Assembly: GCF_035476535.1 (NCBI RefSeq) | Contig: NZ_DATILJ010000014.1 | Location: forward strand, 602-64,601 | Direction: 5' to 3' | DNA length: 64,000 nt | DNA from: Aquabacterium sp. | GTDB taxonomy: Bacteria > Pseudomonadota > Gammaproteobacteria > Burkholderiales > Burkholderiaceae_C | The notes under the pieces: generated by a model | Told to the model about the DNA's origin: nothing | Databases searched by the model: none | The model's input: the letters and a program-made list of their open reading frames with translations, nothing else | Translations under genes and position numbers: made by a program | In this document: positions 10,683 through 21,058 of the stretch, in pieces | How positions within the stretch are numbered: the first letter of the stretch is position 1 | Layout: each line of letters begins with the position of its first letter

Positions 10683-13600
10683 TCAGCGGCCAGCCGTACG
10701 CAAGTCCAGCGTGAACGGGAACTCCAGGCTGCGTACCGCCGGCTTGACCTGCATCTGCCCGGGCGTGTGGCCGATGGTGAAAAAGCGCGCCAGGCGCCGG
10801 CTCTCGGCCTCGAAGGCATTGATCGGGAAGGTGGCATAGCTCAGGCCGCCCGGATGGGCCACGTGGTACTGGCAGCCGCCCAGCGAGCGCTGCATCCAGC
10901 GGTCGACCAGGTCGATGACCAGCGGCGCGTGCGACGGGATCGTCGGGTGCAGCGACGACGGCGCCTGCCATGCACGGTAGCGCACGCCGCAGACGAATTC
11001 GCCGACGCGGCCGGTGGGCTGCAGCGGCACGGCCTGGCCGTTGACGGTGACGATGTGGCGCGGATCGACCAGCCCGCTGAGCTTGAGCTCCAGCCGCTCC
11101 AGCGATGAATCGACATAGCGCACCGTCGTGCCCTGCGCGCCCTCCTCGCCCATCACGTGCCAGGGCTCCAGCGCATTGCGCAGGCTCATGTGCACGCCAC
11201 GCGCCGTCAGTTCGCCGACCTTCGGGAAGCGGAACTCGAAATGCGGCGCGAACCATTCGGACTTGAAGTCGTAGCCGGCCAAGCCCATTTCCTCGATCAC
11301 GTCCTCCATGTCCATCCACACGAAGGTGGGCAGCAGGAAGCGGTCGTGCAGTTCGGTGCCCCAGCGCACCAGTTCGCCGCGGTAAGGCTCGTTCCAGAAA
11401 CGCGCCACCAGCGCGCGCAGCAGCAGCTGCTGCACGATGCTCATGCGCGCATGCGGCGGCATCTCGAAGGCACGCAGCTCCAGCAGGCCCAGCCGGCCGG
11501 TGGCCGAATCGGGCGAATACAGCTTGTCGATGCAGAACTCGCTGCGGTGGGTGTTGCCGGTGACGTCGATCAGGATGTTGCGCAGCGTGCGGTCGACCAG
11601 CCACGGCGGCATCTGCTGGCCGTACACCGACTTGGCGCGCTCGATCTCGCCCATCGCCAGTTCCAGCTCATACAGCTGGTCGTTGCGCGCCTCGTCGACG
11701 CGCGGCGCCTGGCTGGTCGGGCCGATGAACAGGCCCGAGAACAGGTAGCTCAGCGCCGGGTGGTTGTGCCAATACGCCAGCAGCGAGGCCAGCAGGTCCG
11801 GCCGGCGCAGGAACGGTGAATCTGCAGGACGTGCCCCGCCCATCACGAAGTGGTTGCCGCCGCCGGTGCCGGTGTGGCGGCCATCGAGCATGAACTTCTC
11901 GGTCGACAGGCGCGACTGCCAGGCCGCGTCGTACAGGAACTCGGTGTGCTCGACCAGTTCGTTCCAGTCGTGCGCCGGGTGGATGTTGACTTCGATGACG
12001 CCGGGATCGGGCGTCACCTGCAGCAGCTTCAGGCGCGGGTCGCGCGGCGGCGGGTAGCCTTCGATGACAAGCTTGACGCCTTGCGCCGCCGCCGTGGCCT
12101 CGATCGCAGCCAGCAGCGCCAGGTAGTCTTCCAGCCGCTCCAACGGCGGCATGAAGACATACAGCACGCCGCTGGCCGTGCCCTGGGCCTCGGCCTTCGG
12201 GCCGTTGGCGCGGCGCGGGTCACGCACCTCGACGATCAAGGCGGTGCGGGTGATCCAGTGTGCCGATTCATCCTGCTGCGGCGCGCGCTGCAGGTCGGCT
12301 GCCGTGGCACCGGCATCGCCGCTGGCATCGTTGGCCGCGAGGCCCTTGCCGCTGCCTGCGCCGCGCAGGCCGACGCCAGGTGTGCCACCACCCAGTGCCG
12401 GACCGCCATCGGCGCCGGCAGCGCCCGCGCCCGGCTCCGCCAAGGGCCGCTGCACCGCGACCATGCCGCCTTCGGCAAAACCGCCGCCGATGACATGCGC
12501 GGCGTACTGCGACTTCAGCGTCGCCGCGGCCGGCAAGGCACCGCGCGGTGCGAAGGGGTCGGTCTCGATGTGAAACGGGTAGTCGGTGCTCTTGACCCAG
12601 GGCAGCGAATCCAGCGGCAGGCGGTAGCCCATCGGCGAATCACCGGGGTACAGGTACATGCGCTCGTCGCGGAAGAACCACGGGCCGGTGATCCACTTCG
12701 GCCCGCTCAGGTTCGGGCTTTGGCCCTCATTTTGGCCCTCACTTTGGTGATGCGCCGGCTTGATCGGCAGCGCATAGCCCACCGCGTACTCCAGCCCCTG
12801 CGTGAACACGCGGCGCAGGCGGATGCGTTCCTGCTCGTCGTCGAGCTTGGCATCGAAGGGATCGACATTCACCGGCAGCCGGCGCTCGCGCCACAGGTAG
12901 TACCAGGTGTCCTCGTAGCCGGTCTGCACATGGGTGTCGGTGATGCCCAGGCGCTGCGTCAGCGCCGTCATGAAGGCCTTGGCGTCGGCGGTGGTGTAGG
13001 CGTGGTGGTCCCGCTCATCGGCGAACAGCGCCGGGTCGTGCCAGCAGGGCTCGCCGTCAGCGCGCCAGCAGATGCTCAGCGCCCAGCGCGGCAGCTGCTC
13101 GCCCGGGTACCACTTGCCCTGGCCGAAGTGCAGGAAGCCGCCCTTGCCGTAATGCGCACGCAGGCGCTGCACCAGGTCTTGCGCCACCATGCGCTTGGTC
13201 GGGCCCAAGGCGTCGGTATTCCATTCGGCGCCATCGCGGTCGCTGACCGAGACGAAGGTCGGCTCGCCGCCCATGGTCAGCCGCACGTCGCCGGCCACCA
13301 GCTGTTCGTCGACCGCAGTGCCCAGCGCCAGCATGTCGGCCCACTGCGCGTCGGTGTAGGGCTGGGTCACGCGCGGCGATTCCCAGATGCGGCTGATCGA
13401 CATCGAATGGCCGAACTCGACCTCGCACTCGTCGACCGCCCCACTCACCGGCGCGGCGCTCGAAGGCTGCGGCGTGCAGGCCAGCGGGATGTGGCCCTCG
13501 CCGGCCAGCAGGCCCGAGGTGGGGTCGAAGCCGATCCAGCCGCCGCCGGGCAGGTACACCTCGCACCAGGCGTGCAGATCGGTGAAATCGATCTCGGTGC

Positions 13601-14258
13601 CACTCGGCCCGTCGAGCGCCTTGACGTCGGGCTTGAGCTGGATCAGGTAGCCGGAAACAAAACGCGCGGCCAGCCCCACATGGCGCAGCGCCTGCACCAT
13701 CAGCCAGCCGGTGTCGCGGCAGGAGCCGGAGGCGTTGGTCAGCGTCTGCTCCGGCGTCTGCACACCGGGCTCCATGCGGATCAGGTAGCGGATCTCGTGC
13801 TGCAGGCGCTGGTTCAGTTCGACCAGGAAATCGATGGTGCGCCGCGGCGTGTAGTCGAGGCTGTCGACGAAGGCCTTCAGCTTGGGCGTCGCCGGCTCGA
13901 CCACCAGGTAAGGCGCCAGTTCCTTCTTCACTTCCTCGTCGTATTTGAACGGAAAGTGCTCGCCTTCGGGTTCGAGGAAAAAGTCGAACGGGTTGTAGAC
14001 CGACATCTCGGCCACCAGGTCGACGGTGACGCGGAACTCGGTGGTCGGCTCCGGGAACACCAGCCGCGCCAGGTAGTTCGCGAACGGGTCCTGCTGCCAG
14101 TTGATGAAGTGGCCCTCGGGCTCGATCTTCAGCGAGTACGACAGGATGTTGGTACGGCAGTGCGGCGCCGGGCGCAGGCGCACGATGTGCGGCGACATGG
14201 CCACACGGCGGTCGTACTTGTAGTGCGTGACGTGGTTCAGCGCGACATGGATCGACAC
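10683..14258 (-). CDS. Large transglutaminase-family protein (N-terminal transglutaminase + DUF2126-like C-terminal region)
   Basis: GTG at 14258 is preceded by AAGAAGG with a 5-nt spacer. Product starts (M)[18 protein letters not shown], the typical Bact_transglu_N start. Cys/His core: [27 protein letters not shown]...[10 protein letters not shown]. About 800 further residues with no obvious catalytic motif. The first 77 codons of the track ORF overlap the upstream gene and are rejected. Confidence 0.85.
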   Translation of the reverse strand: MSIHVALNHVTHYKYDRRVAMSPHIVRLRPAPHCRTNILSYSLKIEPEGHFINWQQDPFANYLARLVFPEPTTEFRVTVDLVAEMSVYNPFDFFLEPEGEHFPFKYDEEVKKELAPYLVVEPATPKLKAFVDSLDYTPRRTIDFLVELNQRLQHEIRYLIRMEPGVQTPEQTLTNASGSCRDTGWLMVQALRHVGLAARFVSGYLIQLKPDVKALDGPSGTEIDFTDLHAWCEVYLPGGGWIGFDPTSGLLAGEGHIPLACTPQPSSAAPVSGAVDECEVEFGHSMSISRIWESPRVTQPYTDAQWADMLALGTAVDEQLVAGDVRLTMGGEPTFVSVSDRDGAEWNTDALGPTKRMVAQDLVQRLRAHYGKGGFLHFGQGKWYPGEQLPRWALSICWRADGEPCWHDPALFADERDHHAYTTADAKAFMTALTQRLGITDTHVQTGYEDTWYYLWRERRLPVNVDPFDAKLDDEQERIRLRRVFTQGLEYAVGYALPIKPAHHQSEGQNEGQSPNLSGPKWITGPWFFRDERMYLYPGDSPMGYRLPLDSLPWVKSTDYPFHIETDPFAPRGALPAAATLKSQYAAHVIGGGFAEGGMVAVQRPLAEPGAGAAGADGGPALGGGTPGVGLRGAGSGKGLAANDASGDAGATAADLQRAPQQDESAHWITRTALIVEVRDPRRANGPKAEAQGTASGVLYVFMPPLERLEDYLALLAAIEATAAAQGVKLVIEGYPPPRDPRLKLLQVTPDPGVIEVNIHPAHDWNELVEHTEFLYDAAWQSRLSTEKFMLDGRHTGTGGGNHFVMGGARPADSPFLRRPDLLASLLAYWHNHPALSYLFSGLFIGPTSQAPRVDEARNDQLYELELAMGEIERAKSVYGQQMPPWLVDRTLRNILIDVTGNTHRSEFCIDKLYSPDSATGRLGLLELRAFEMPPHARMSIVQQLLLRALVARFWNEPYRGELVRWGTELHDRFLLPTFVWMDMEDVIEEMGLAGYDFKSEWFAPHFEFRFPKVGELTARGVHMSLRNALEPWHVMGEEGAQGTTVRYVDSSLERLELKLSGLVDPRHIVTVNGQAVPLQPTGRVGEFVCGVRYRAWQAPSSLHPTIPSHAPLVIDLVDRWMQRSLGGCQYHVAHPGGLSYATFPINAFEAESRRLARFFTIGHTPGQMQVKPAVRSLEFPFTLDLRTAGR

Positions 14259-14275
14259 GGGAAGCCTTCTTTGTT

Positions 14276-15232
14276 TTATGCAGGGACCAGGAAATCGCGG
14301 CTGATGCCCGCGCCGATGTCGTTGACGCGGTCGAGGAACTGCGTCAGGAAGGCATGCAGGCCGGTGGCCAGGATCTCGTCGATGCGGCCGAACTGCAGGT
14401 CGCTGCGCAAGCGGCCGGCGCGGCGCTGGGTTTCGCTGCTCTGCTCGTTGGCGACATGGTCGAGGTTGGCCACCACCTCGTTCATGCAAGCAGCCAAAGA
14501 ACGCGGCATGTCGGGGCGCAGCATCAGCAACTCGGCCACCTTGTCGGGCCGGATCACGTTGCGGTAGACCTTGCGGTAGATCTCGAAACCGGACACCGAG
14601 CGCAGGATCGCCGACCAGTGGTAGAAGTCGACCTCGGGCGCGTCGTCATGGCCCCAGGAGCCGAAGTAGTCGCCGGCGAGCGCGTGGAACTTCACGTCCA
14701 GCAGCCGCGCGGTGTTGTCGGCGCGCTCGAGGAAAGTGCCGATGCGGATGAAGTGCAGCGCTTCATCCTGCAGCATGGTGCCCACCGAGACCCCACGCGA
14801 CAGGTGCGAGCGGAACTTCACCCATTCGAACAGCGCGGCCGGGTCGCGGTCGAAGCTACCTTCGCGCAGTTGGCGGTTGAATTCGAGCCAGGTCTGGTTG
14901 GTGGTTTCCCACAGCTCGGTGGTCAGCGTGCCGCGCACGGCACGGGCGTTCTCGCGGGCCGCGGCCAGGCACGAAACGATGCTCGACGGGTTGCCGGCGT
15001 CGCGCACCATGAACTGGATGACATTGGCCGGCGTCACCGCATCGTGCTTCTTCTGGAAGGCCTGCGTCAGCTCGGAGATGCCCAGCACGCCGGCCCAGCC
15101 CTGCTCCGCCCGGTCGGCCGACTGCGGCAGCAGCGAGGTCTGGTAATTCACATCGAGCATGCGCGCGGTATTCTCCGCCCGCTCCATGTAGCGGGACATC
15201 CAAAACAGGTGGTCGGCAGTTCGCGAAAGCAT
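14276..15232 (-). CDS. Alpha-E domain protein (DUF403)
   Basis: MLSRTADHLFWMSRYMERAENTARMLDV is the canonical alpha-E N-terminus. ATG at 15232 is preceded by GAGGAA. The track start at 15253 is a TTG that overlaps the upstream stop. Confidence 0.85.
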   Translation of the reverse strand: MLSRTADHLFWMSRYMERAENTARMLDVNYQTSLLPQSADRAEQGWAGVLGISELTQAFQKKHDAVTPANVIQFMVRDAGNPSSIVSCLAAARENARAVRGTLTTELWETTNQTWLEFNRQLREGSFDRDPAALFEWVKFRSHLSRGVSVGTMLQDEALHFIRIGTFLERADNTARLLDVKFHALAGDYFGSWGHDDAPEVDFYHWSAILRSVSGFEIYRKVYRNVIRPDKVAELLMLRPDMPRSLAACMNEVVANLDHVANEQSSETQRRAGRLRSDLQFGRIDEILATGLHAFLTQFLDRVNDIGAGISRDFLVPA

Positions 15233-15249
15233 GTTGTTTGTTCCTCGCA

Positions 15250-16761
15250 TCAAGCTTGGCGTTGAGACTGACCACCGTGCTCCATCGGCAAGCCCAGATC
15301 GCCTGGCACGGTGTCACGCCCCGGATCGCCTTCCAGCACCCAGGTGTCTTTTGTACCGCCGCCCTGCGACGAATTGACGACCAGTGAGCCCTCCTTCAGC
15401 GCCACGCGCGTCAGCCCGCCCGGCACCATCTGCACGCTGCGGCCGGACAGCACGAAGGGCCGCAGGTCGATGTGGCGCGGCGCGATGCCGCGCTCGACGA
15501 AGGTCGGGCAGGTGGACAGCGCCAAGGTCGGCTGCGCGATGTAGTTGGTCGGGTTGGCCAGCAGCTGGGCGCGGAACTCGGCGATCTCGTCCTTGCTCGC
15601 CGCCGGGCCGACCAGCATGCCGTAGCCGCCGGCACCATGCACTTCCTTGACCACCAGCTCGCTCAGGTGATCGAGCACGTACTTCAGGTCGTCCTTGTCG
15701 CGGCACAGATGGGTCGGCACGTTCTCGAGGATCGGCTTTTCGCCGAGGTAGAACTCGACCATCTTCGGCACGTAGGGGTAGATCGACTTGTCGTCGGCCA
15801 CGCCGGTGCCGATGGCATTGCACAGCGTGATGTTGCCGCGGCGGTAGACATCCAGCAGGCCGGCACAGCCTAGCGTCGAATCGGAGCGGAAGGCGTGCGG
15901 GTCGAGGAAGTCGTCGTCGACGCGGCGGTAGACCACATCCACCCGCTTCGGGCCCTGCGTGGTGCGCATGTAGCAGAAGCCGTCCTTGACGAACAGGTCC
16001 TGGCCCTCGACCAGCTCGATGCCCATCTGCTGCGCCAGGAAGGCGTGCTCGAAGTAGGCGCTGTTGTACATGCCGGGCGTCAGCACCACGCAGGTGGGCT
16101 CGTTCACCGAGGCCGGCGCGACGCCGCGCAGCGTTTCGAGCAGCAGGTCGGGGTAGTGGTCGACCGGCGCGATGCGGTGCTGCGAGAACAGCTCGGGGAA
16201 CAGCCGCATCATCATCTTGCGGTTCTCGAGCATGTAGCTCACGCCCGAGGGCACGCGCAGGTTGTCTTCCAGCACGTAGTAGGTGCCGCTGCCATCGGGC
16301 TGCGCGGCGCGCACGATGTCGATGCCGGCGATGTGCGAGTAGATGTTGCCCGGCACGTCCACGCCCATCATCTCGGGCCGGAACTGCGCGTTCTTCAGCA
16401 CCTGCTCGGCCGGTACGACGCCGGCTTTCAGGATCTCCTGGTCGTGGTAGACGTCGTGCAGGAAGCGGTTCAGCGCATTCACCCGCTGCGCCAGACCGGC
16501 CTGCATGCGCTGCCATTCGTCGGCCGGGATGATGCGCGGAATCAGGTCGAAGGGGATCAGCCGCTCGGTGCCGGAGCCGTCTTCATCTTTCGCGCCGTAC
16601 ACCGCGAAGGTGATGCCGACGCGGCGGAAGATCATCTCCGCCTCTTCACGCCGGGCGGCCATCAGCTCGCCGGGTTGCTGGCTCAACCAGCGATCGAAGC
16701 CGCTGTAGTGGGCGCGCACGGAGGTGGCGCTGGATTGCATTTCGTCAAAACTCGGGGTCAT
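15250..16761 (-). CDS. Circularly permuted type-2 ATP-grasp protein (DUF404/DUF407)
   Basis: EMIFRRVGITFAVYG, LTPGMYNSAYFEHAFLAQQMGIELVEGQDLFV, VDVVYRRVDDDFLDP, GNITLCNAIGTGVADDKSIYPYVP and VVKEVHGAGGYGMLVGP. ATG at 16761-16759 overlaps the comEC TGA (16760-16758). Confidence 0.9.
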   Translation of the reverse strand: MTPSFDEMQSSATSVRAHYSGFDRWLSQQPGELMAARREEAEMIFRRVGITFAVYGAKDEDGSGTERLIPFDLIPRIIPADEWQRMQAGLAQRVNALNRFLHDVYHDQEILKAGVVPAEQVLKNAQFRPEMMGVDVPGNIYSHIAGIDIVRAAQPDGSGTYYVLEDNLRVPSGVSYMLENRKMMMRLFPELFSQHRIAPVDHYPDLLLETLRGVAPASVNEPTCVVLTPGMYNSAYFEHAFLAQQMGIELVEGQDLFVKDGFCYMRTTQGPKRVDVVYRRVDDDFLDPHAFRSDSTLGCAGLLDVYRRGNITLCNAIGTGVADDKSIYPYVPKMVEFYLGEKPILENVPTHLCRDKDDLKYVLDHLSELVVKEVHGAGGYGMLVGPAASKDEIAEFRAQLLANPTNYIAQPTLALSTCPTFVERGIAPRHIDLRPFVLSGRSVQMVPGGLTRVALKEGSLVVNSSQGGGTKDTWVLEGDPGRDTVPGDLGLPMEHGGQSQRQA

Positions 16762-19199
16762 GGGGTGCCTGCTCCTGCGTTGGGATTAGCAACATCCGCA
16801 CCAGCCTCGGGCGGCGCCCAGTGCCAGTAACGCCGCCGCACTTGCCGAGTGCATGTCATCGCCCCATCCTGCCACAGCCACGCACCGCATTGGTCGGTGC
16901 GAACCATCAGGATGCCTCGCTCGGCATAGCGCGCCATCACATCGGGCGCCGGATGGCCGAAGCGGCTGCGGTAGCCGGCCTGCACCACGGCCACCTGCGG
17001 TTGCACTGCCGCCAGCCAGGCGGCGGTGGACGAGGTGCGGCTGCCGTGATGCGGCACCAGCAGCACGTCGCTGCGCAATTCGGCGGCGTGGCGCCGCAGC
17101 AGCGCCGCCTCCTGCGCGGCTTCGATGTCGCCGGCCAGCAAAGCGCTGCGGCCACGGGCATCGACGATGCGCAGCACGCAGGACACCTCGTTGGGCTTGC
17201 GCTGCAACGGGTAGTCGGCCGCGCTCGGGTGCAGCAGCTGGAAGTGCACGCCATCCCAGTGCCAGGACTGGCCGTCCTCGCAGCGCGTGTGCGGCCGGCC
17301 GCCCTGCAACAGCGCATGCCCGGGCTCCAGTGAGCTCCAGACATCGCCGGCCGGCAGCGCGGCCAGCACCGAGGCGGCGCCGCCGACATGGTCGATGTCG
17401 CGGTGGCTCAGCATCAGGCGGTCAATGCGCGTTTCGCCGCGGGCGCGCAGCAGCGGCACCAGCACCCGCTGGCCGGCGTCACTCTCGCGTGAGTACTGCG
17501 GGCCGGTGTCGTACAGCAGCAGGTGCGATTGCGTGCGTACCAGCACGGCCGTGCCCTGCCCCACATCGGCCGCCAGCAGCTCGAACTGCCCTGCCGCCGG
17601 GCGTTCGACGGCCGGTAGCAACAGCGGCAACACCAGCGGCAGAGCCAGCCAGCGCACGCGCCGGGGCCAGGGCAGCAGGCCGACCACCGCAGCGGCCAAG
17701 CCACTGGCCACCGCCCACGGCGGCGCGGCCGGCGCCTGCCACACCGCGCCTGGCCACGAAGCCAGCCAGGCCAGGCCGGCCACCAAGGCCTTCACGACCA
17801 CAGCGGCAAGGCCCCACAGCGGTGCCGCCAGCACGCCCAGCATGGCCAGCGGCGTGATCAGCAAAGTGACCAGCGGAATGGCCAGCAGGTTGGCGACAAA
17901 TCCCACCAGCGACAGCTGCTGGAAAAACACCAGCGACAAGGGCGCCAGCCCCAGCGTGGCGACGACTTGCGAGCGCAGCGCGCCATGCAGCACGGCCGCC
18001 CAGCCCCGGCCGGCCGCGCGGACCCGCGCCGGCTCCGACATCATCAACAGGCCGACCGCCGCGAACGACAGCCAGAAGCCCGCCTGCAGCAAGGCCCAGG
18101 GATCCTGCAGCGTCACCACCACGCCAGCCACCAGCAGCACCAGCAGCCAGGGCCAGCGCAGGCCGGCGCTGCGCAGCAGCACGCTCACCGCCAGCATCAG
18201 CAGTGTGCGCACGGCAGGAACGCCCCAGCCGGCCAGCAGCGCATAGCCTGTGGCGACGATCAAGCCGCCCCAGCGTCCGGCCTGCATCGCCGGCAGCCAC
18301 AGCAGCAGGCGGGTGCTGCGTCGCCAGGCCCAGCCGACGAGGCCGCCGGCCAGCCAGGCGAACATCGTCACATGCAGGCCGCTGATCGACATCAGGTGCG
18401 CGATGCCGGTGTTGCGGAACAGGTCCCAGTCCTCGCGCTCGATGGCCGCCTGGTCGCCCACCACCAGCGCGGCCAGCACGCCTGCCAGGCGCGGGTCGCT
18501 CACCTCGCGCGTTATCGCGTCGCGCAGCGATTGCCGCGCTCGCTCGACCGGATGCGCCACCGCGTCCTGCAGACGCTCGGCCGCCGGGCCGCGCTGCACC
18601 ACGCGCACGTAGCCGGTGGCGCGCAGGCCCTGCTCCCAGAGCCACAGTTCGCTGTCGAAGCCCTGCGGGTTCATTGCGCCATGCGGCTGCTTCAGCCGCA
18701 CCGGCAGGCGCCAGCGCTGGCCGGCGCGCAGCTCGGTGCGTGGCTCGTCCAGCTGCACCTCATCGCCGTGGCCGCGGTACCAGCCCAATGCGATCAGCGG
18801 CGGCACGCCGACGGTCTTGCCCGTGTGCGTGGCCGATTCGACCTCGAAGCGAAAGCGCGTGCCCGAGGCGCCGGATTGCGGCATCGCCGCCACCACGCCG
18901 GTCAGCAGCAGGTCCTGGCCTTCGAGCGCCGGATCCAGCCGCTCGGCCAGCCTGACGCCGGCGCGCAGGCCGGTGCTTGCGAAACCCGCCAGCGCAATCG
19001 CCAGCGACAGGCCCAGCAGCTGCCAGCGCGGCCGCCGTCGCCAGCACAGCGCCACCAGCAGCACCGCGCCGCCCAGCAGCCCGCCATAGTGCCCAGCCGG
19101 CCACAGCGCGGCCTGCTGCATCTGCAGCGCAACGCCCGCCAGCCAGGCCAGCCCTCCCCAGGCGATGCGCCATCCCGGGTTGACCTCGGGTGTCGTCAT
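16758..19199 (-). CDS. comEC: DNA internalisation-related competence protein ComEC/Rec2 (with C-terminal metallo-beta-lactamase domain)
   Basis: 813 aa. Polytopic core (GIAHLMSISGLHVTMFAW...); C-terminal MBL motifs (LLAADVGQGTAVLV, LMLSHRDIDHVGGA, VPHHGSRTSS). Confidence 0.85.
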   Translation of the reverse strand: MTTPEVNPGWRIAWGGLAWLAGVALQMQQAALWPAGHYGGLLGGAVLLVALCWRRRPRWQLLGLSLAIALAGFASTGLRAGVRLAERLDPALEGQDLLLTGVVAAMPQSGASGTRFRFEVESATHTGKTVGVPPLIALGWYRGHGDEVQLDEPRTELRAGQRWRLPVRLKQPHGAMNPQGFDSELWLWEQGLRATGYVRVVQRGPAAERLQDAVAHPVERARQSLRDAITREVSDPRLAGVLAALVVGDQAAIEREDWDLFRNTGIAHLMSISGLHVTMFAWLAGGLVGWAWRRSTRLLLWLPAMQAGRWGGLIVATGYALLAGWGVPAVRTLLMLAVSVLLRSAGLRWPWLLVLLVAGVVVTLQDPWALLQAGFWLSFAAVGLLMMSEPARVRAAGRGWAAVLHGALRSQVVATLGLAPLSLVFFQQLSLVGFVANLLAIPLVTLLITPLAMLGVLAAPLWGLAAVVVKALVAGLAWLASWPGAVWQAPAAPPWAVASGLAAAVVGLLPWPRRVRWLALPLVLPLLLPAVERPAAGQFELLAADVGQGTAVLVRTQSHLLLYDTGPQYSRESDAGQRVLVPLLRARGETRIDRLMLSHRDIDHVGGAASVLAALPAGDVWSSLEPGHALLQGGRPHTRCEDGQSWHWDGVHFQLLHPSAADYPLQRKPNEVSCVLRIVDARGRSALLAGDIEAAQEAALLRRHAAELRSDVLLVPHHGSRTSSTAAWLAAVQPQVAVVQAGYRSRFGHPAPDVMARYAERGILMVRTDQCGAWLWQDGAMTCTRQVRRRYWHWAPPEAGADVANPNAGAGTP

Positions 19200-19221
19200 C
19201 GTGCCAGTGTAGGAGGCGCGA

Positions 19222-20115
19222 TCAGGCCGCTGACTTGGGCGCCGCTACCACCGCCGCAGCCACCCCCACCCGCCGCAGGTTCAGCAGGTTGCCCGACAGG
19301 ATCAGCAGCGTGCCCAGCACGGTGAACGCATCGATGCGTTCGGCATAGATCAGCCAGCCGGCCAGCGCCGTCATCGGCACGCGCAGGAAGTCCATCGGCA
19401 CCACCACGGTGGCCTCGGCATGTTGCATCGCGCGGGTCATGCAGTAGTGCGAGAAGGTGCCGCAGAAGGCAATCACCCCCACCCAGCCCCACACGGTGGC
19501 CGATGGCCAGCGCCACACCGCCAGCGCCGGCAGCAGCCCGATCAGCGATTGCACGATCAGCATCCAGAAGATGATGACCACCGCGTCGTCGGTGCGCGTC
19601 AATGACTTGACCATGATCAGCGACACCGCGAAGCCCAGCGCCGCCGCCAGCGCGATGGCCTGGCCGGCGCTGATGCCGCTGGTGGCCGGCCGCACGATGA
19701 GCGCCACGCCGATCAGCCCGAGCAGCACCGCCGCCACCTTCCAGCGGTTCAGGCGCTCGCCGAGGAAGGCCACTGCCAGCAGCGCCGTCCACAAGGGATT
19801 CGTGAACTCGATGGCGACGACCTGCGCCAGCGGAATCATCGTCAGCGCGGCAAACCAGCCGTACTGCGACGCGTAGTGGATGGCGTTGCGGCCGGCATGC
19901 TGCAGCAGGCGGCCGCTCTTCATCGTTGCGAAACCGCCATGGGCACGCACCAGCGGGTAGAGCATCAGCAGGCCGATCAGCGAGCGCAGTTCCATCACCT
20001 GGAACACCGCGAGTTCGCGCATCGCCTGGCGCCCGGCCACGGCGATCACCACCATCAGCAGCAGCCAGCCGGCCATCCACAGCGCGGCCTTGGAGAGGGA
20101 ATCGGAAGCAGGCAT
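19222..20115 (-). CDS. DMT-superfamily (EamA-like) transporter
   Basis: The real gene is the last 297 codons of the 452-aa track ORF (ATG at 20115: MPASDSLSKAALWMAGWLLLMVVIA...). Ten predicted TM helices in two EamA-like halves. Confidence 0.8.
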   Translation of the reverse strand: MPASDSLSKAALWMAGWLLLMVVIAVAGRQAMRELAVFQVMELRSLIGLLMLYPLVRAHGGFATMKSGRLLQHAGRNAIHYASQYGWFAALTMIPLAQVVAIEFTNPLWTALLAVAFLGERLNRWKVAAVLLGLIGVALIVRPATSGISAGQAIALAAALGFAVSLIMVKSLTRTDDAVVIIFWMLIVQSLIGLLPALAVWRWPSATVWGWVGVIAFCGTFSHYCMTRAMQHAEATVVVPMDFLRVPMTALAGWLIYAERIDAFTVLGTLLILSGNLLNLRRVGVAAAVVAAPKSAA

Positions 20116-20167
20116 CGTCTGGCGTTGGCGGGGGGCTGGCAGTGTAGGGCCGCCGCCCGGCGCCGCC

Positions 20168-20185
20168 TGTGTCGATGCCGACACA
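20168..20185. promoter_or_regulatory. Inverted repeat TGTGTCG-N4-CGACACA in the divergent DMT / response-regulator promoter region
   Basis: Perfect 7-bp arms read directly from the sequence. Function unknown. Confidence 0.2.
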
Positions 20186-20350
20186 AACAGGCTATCTGCC
20201 TGCAAAGCCCGGACGGCAGCATCGCGCCTTGCCGGCTCGCCACCAGGGCCAGGGCGACGAGCGCCCAACTGGGTGTACCGTTTCGTCGCGCGCAGCCGGC
20301 CCTGAACGGCCACCGCGCGGCGAAGGTGCCTGAAAGCAGTGGAGTAGCGC

Positions 20351-21058
20351 ATGACGACTTGCCTGGTGGTAGACGACGACCTCGAGATCCGGGCCTCGGT
20401 CCAGGACTTCCTGCAGCGCTTCGGCATGACGGTAAGCACCGCGGCCAACGGCGCGGAAATGCGCCGCATCATGGCCTCGAACAAGTTCGATGTCGTCGTG
20501 CTCGACCTGCGGCTGCCCGATGAAGACGGCCTGTCGCTGTGCAAGTGGGTGCAGGCCACCTCCGGTGTGCCGGTGATCATGCTGACGGCCCATGGCGATG
20601 CGATCAGCCGGGTCGTCGGCCTCGAGATGGGCGCGGACGACTACATCGGCAAGCCCTTCGAGCCGCGCGAACTGGTGGCCCGCATCAACGCCGTGCTGCG
20701 TCGCCTGGAAAAGGGCCGGCGCGCGTCGGAGGAATCCCAGGGCCGCCTGCTGCAGTTCGAAGGCTGGCAGTTCGATCGGGTGCTGCGGCAGCTGGTCTCG
20801 CCCACCGGCGTCGTGGTGCTGCTGTCGAACGCCGAATTCAGGCTGCTGGTCGCCTTCGTCGAGCACCCGGGGCGGGTCCTGACGCGGGACCAGTTGGTGG
20901 ACTACACCCGTGCGCCGGGCGTGGACGTCAACGACCGCAGCGTCGACCTCTGTGTATCCCGCCTGCGCCAGAAGCTGGGGGACTCCCCGAGGGAACCTCG
21001 CCTCATTCGCACGCTGCGCGGAGAGGGCTACCTCTTCGACTGCAAGGTGGAGTCATGA
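20351..21058 (+). CDS. OmpR-family response regulator
   Basis: Receiver domain (CLVVDDDLEIR..., DVVVLDLRLPDEDG, VIMLTA, DDYIGKPF) plus a winged-helix output domain (LLSNAEFRLLVAFVEHPGRVLTRDQL..., VDLCVSRLRQKL, IRTLRGEGYLF). Confidence 0.9.
   Translation: MTTCLVVDDDLEIRASVQDFLQRFGMTVSTAANGAEMRRIMASNKFDVVVLDLRLPDEDGLSLCKWVQATSGVPVIMLTAHGDAISRVVGLEMGADDYIGKPFEPRELVARINAVLRRLEKGRRASEESQGRLLQFEGWQFDRVLRQLVSPTGVVVLLSNAEFRLLVAFVEHPGRVLTRDQLVDYTRAPGVDVNDRSVDLCVSRLRQKLGDSPREPRLIRTLRGEGYLFDCKVES

Noticed and set aside
20539-21054. Upstream extension of the histidine-kinase ORF (611-aa version)
   Set aside because: It overlaps the response-regulator gene out of frame. The ATGA junction at 21055-21058 is the usual RR-HK arrangement.
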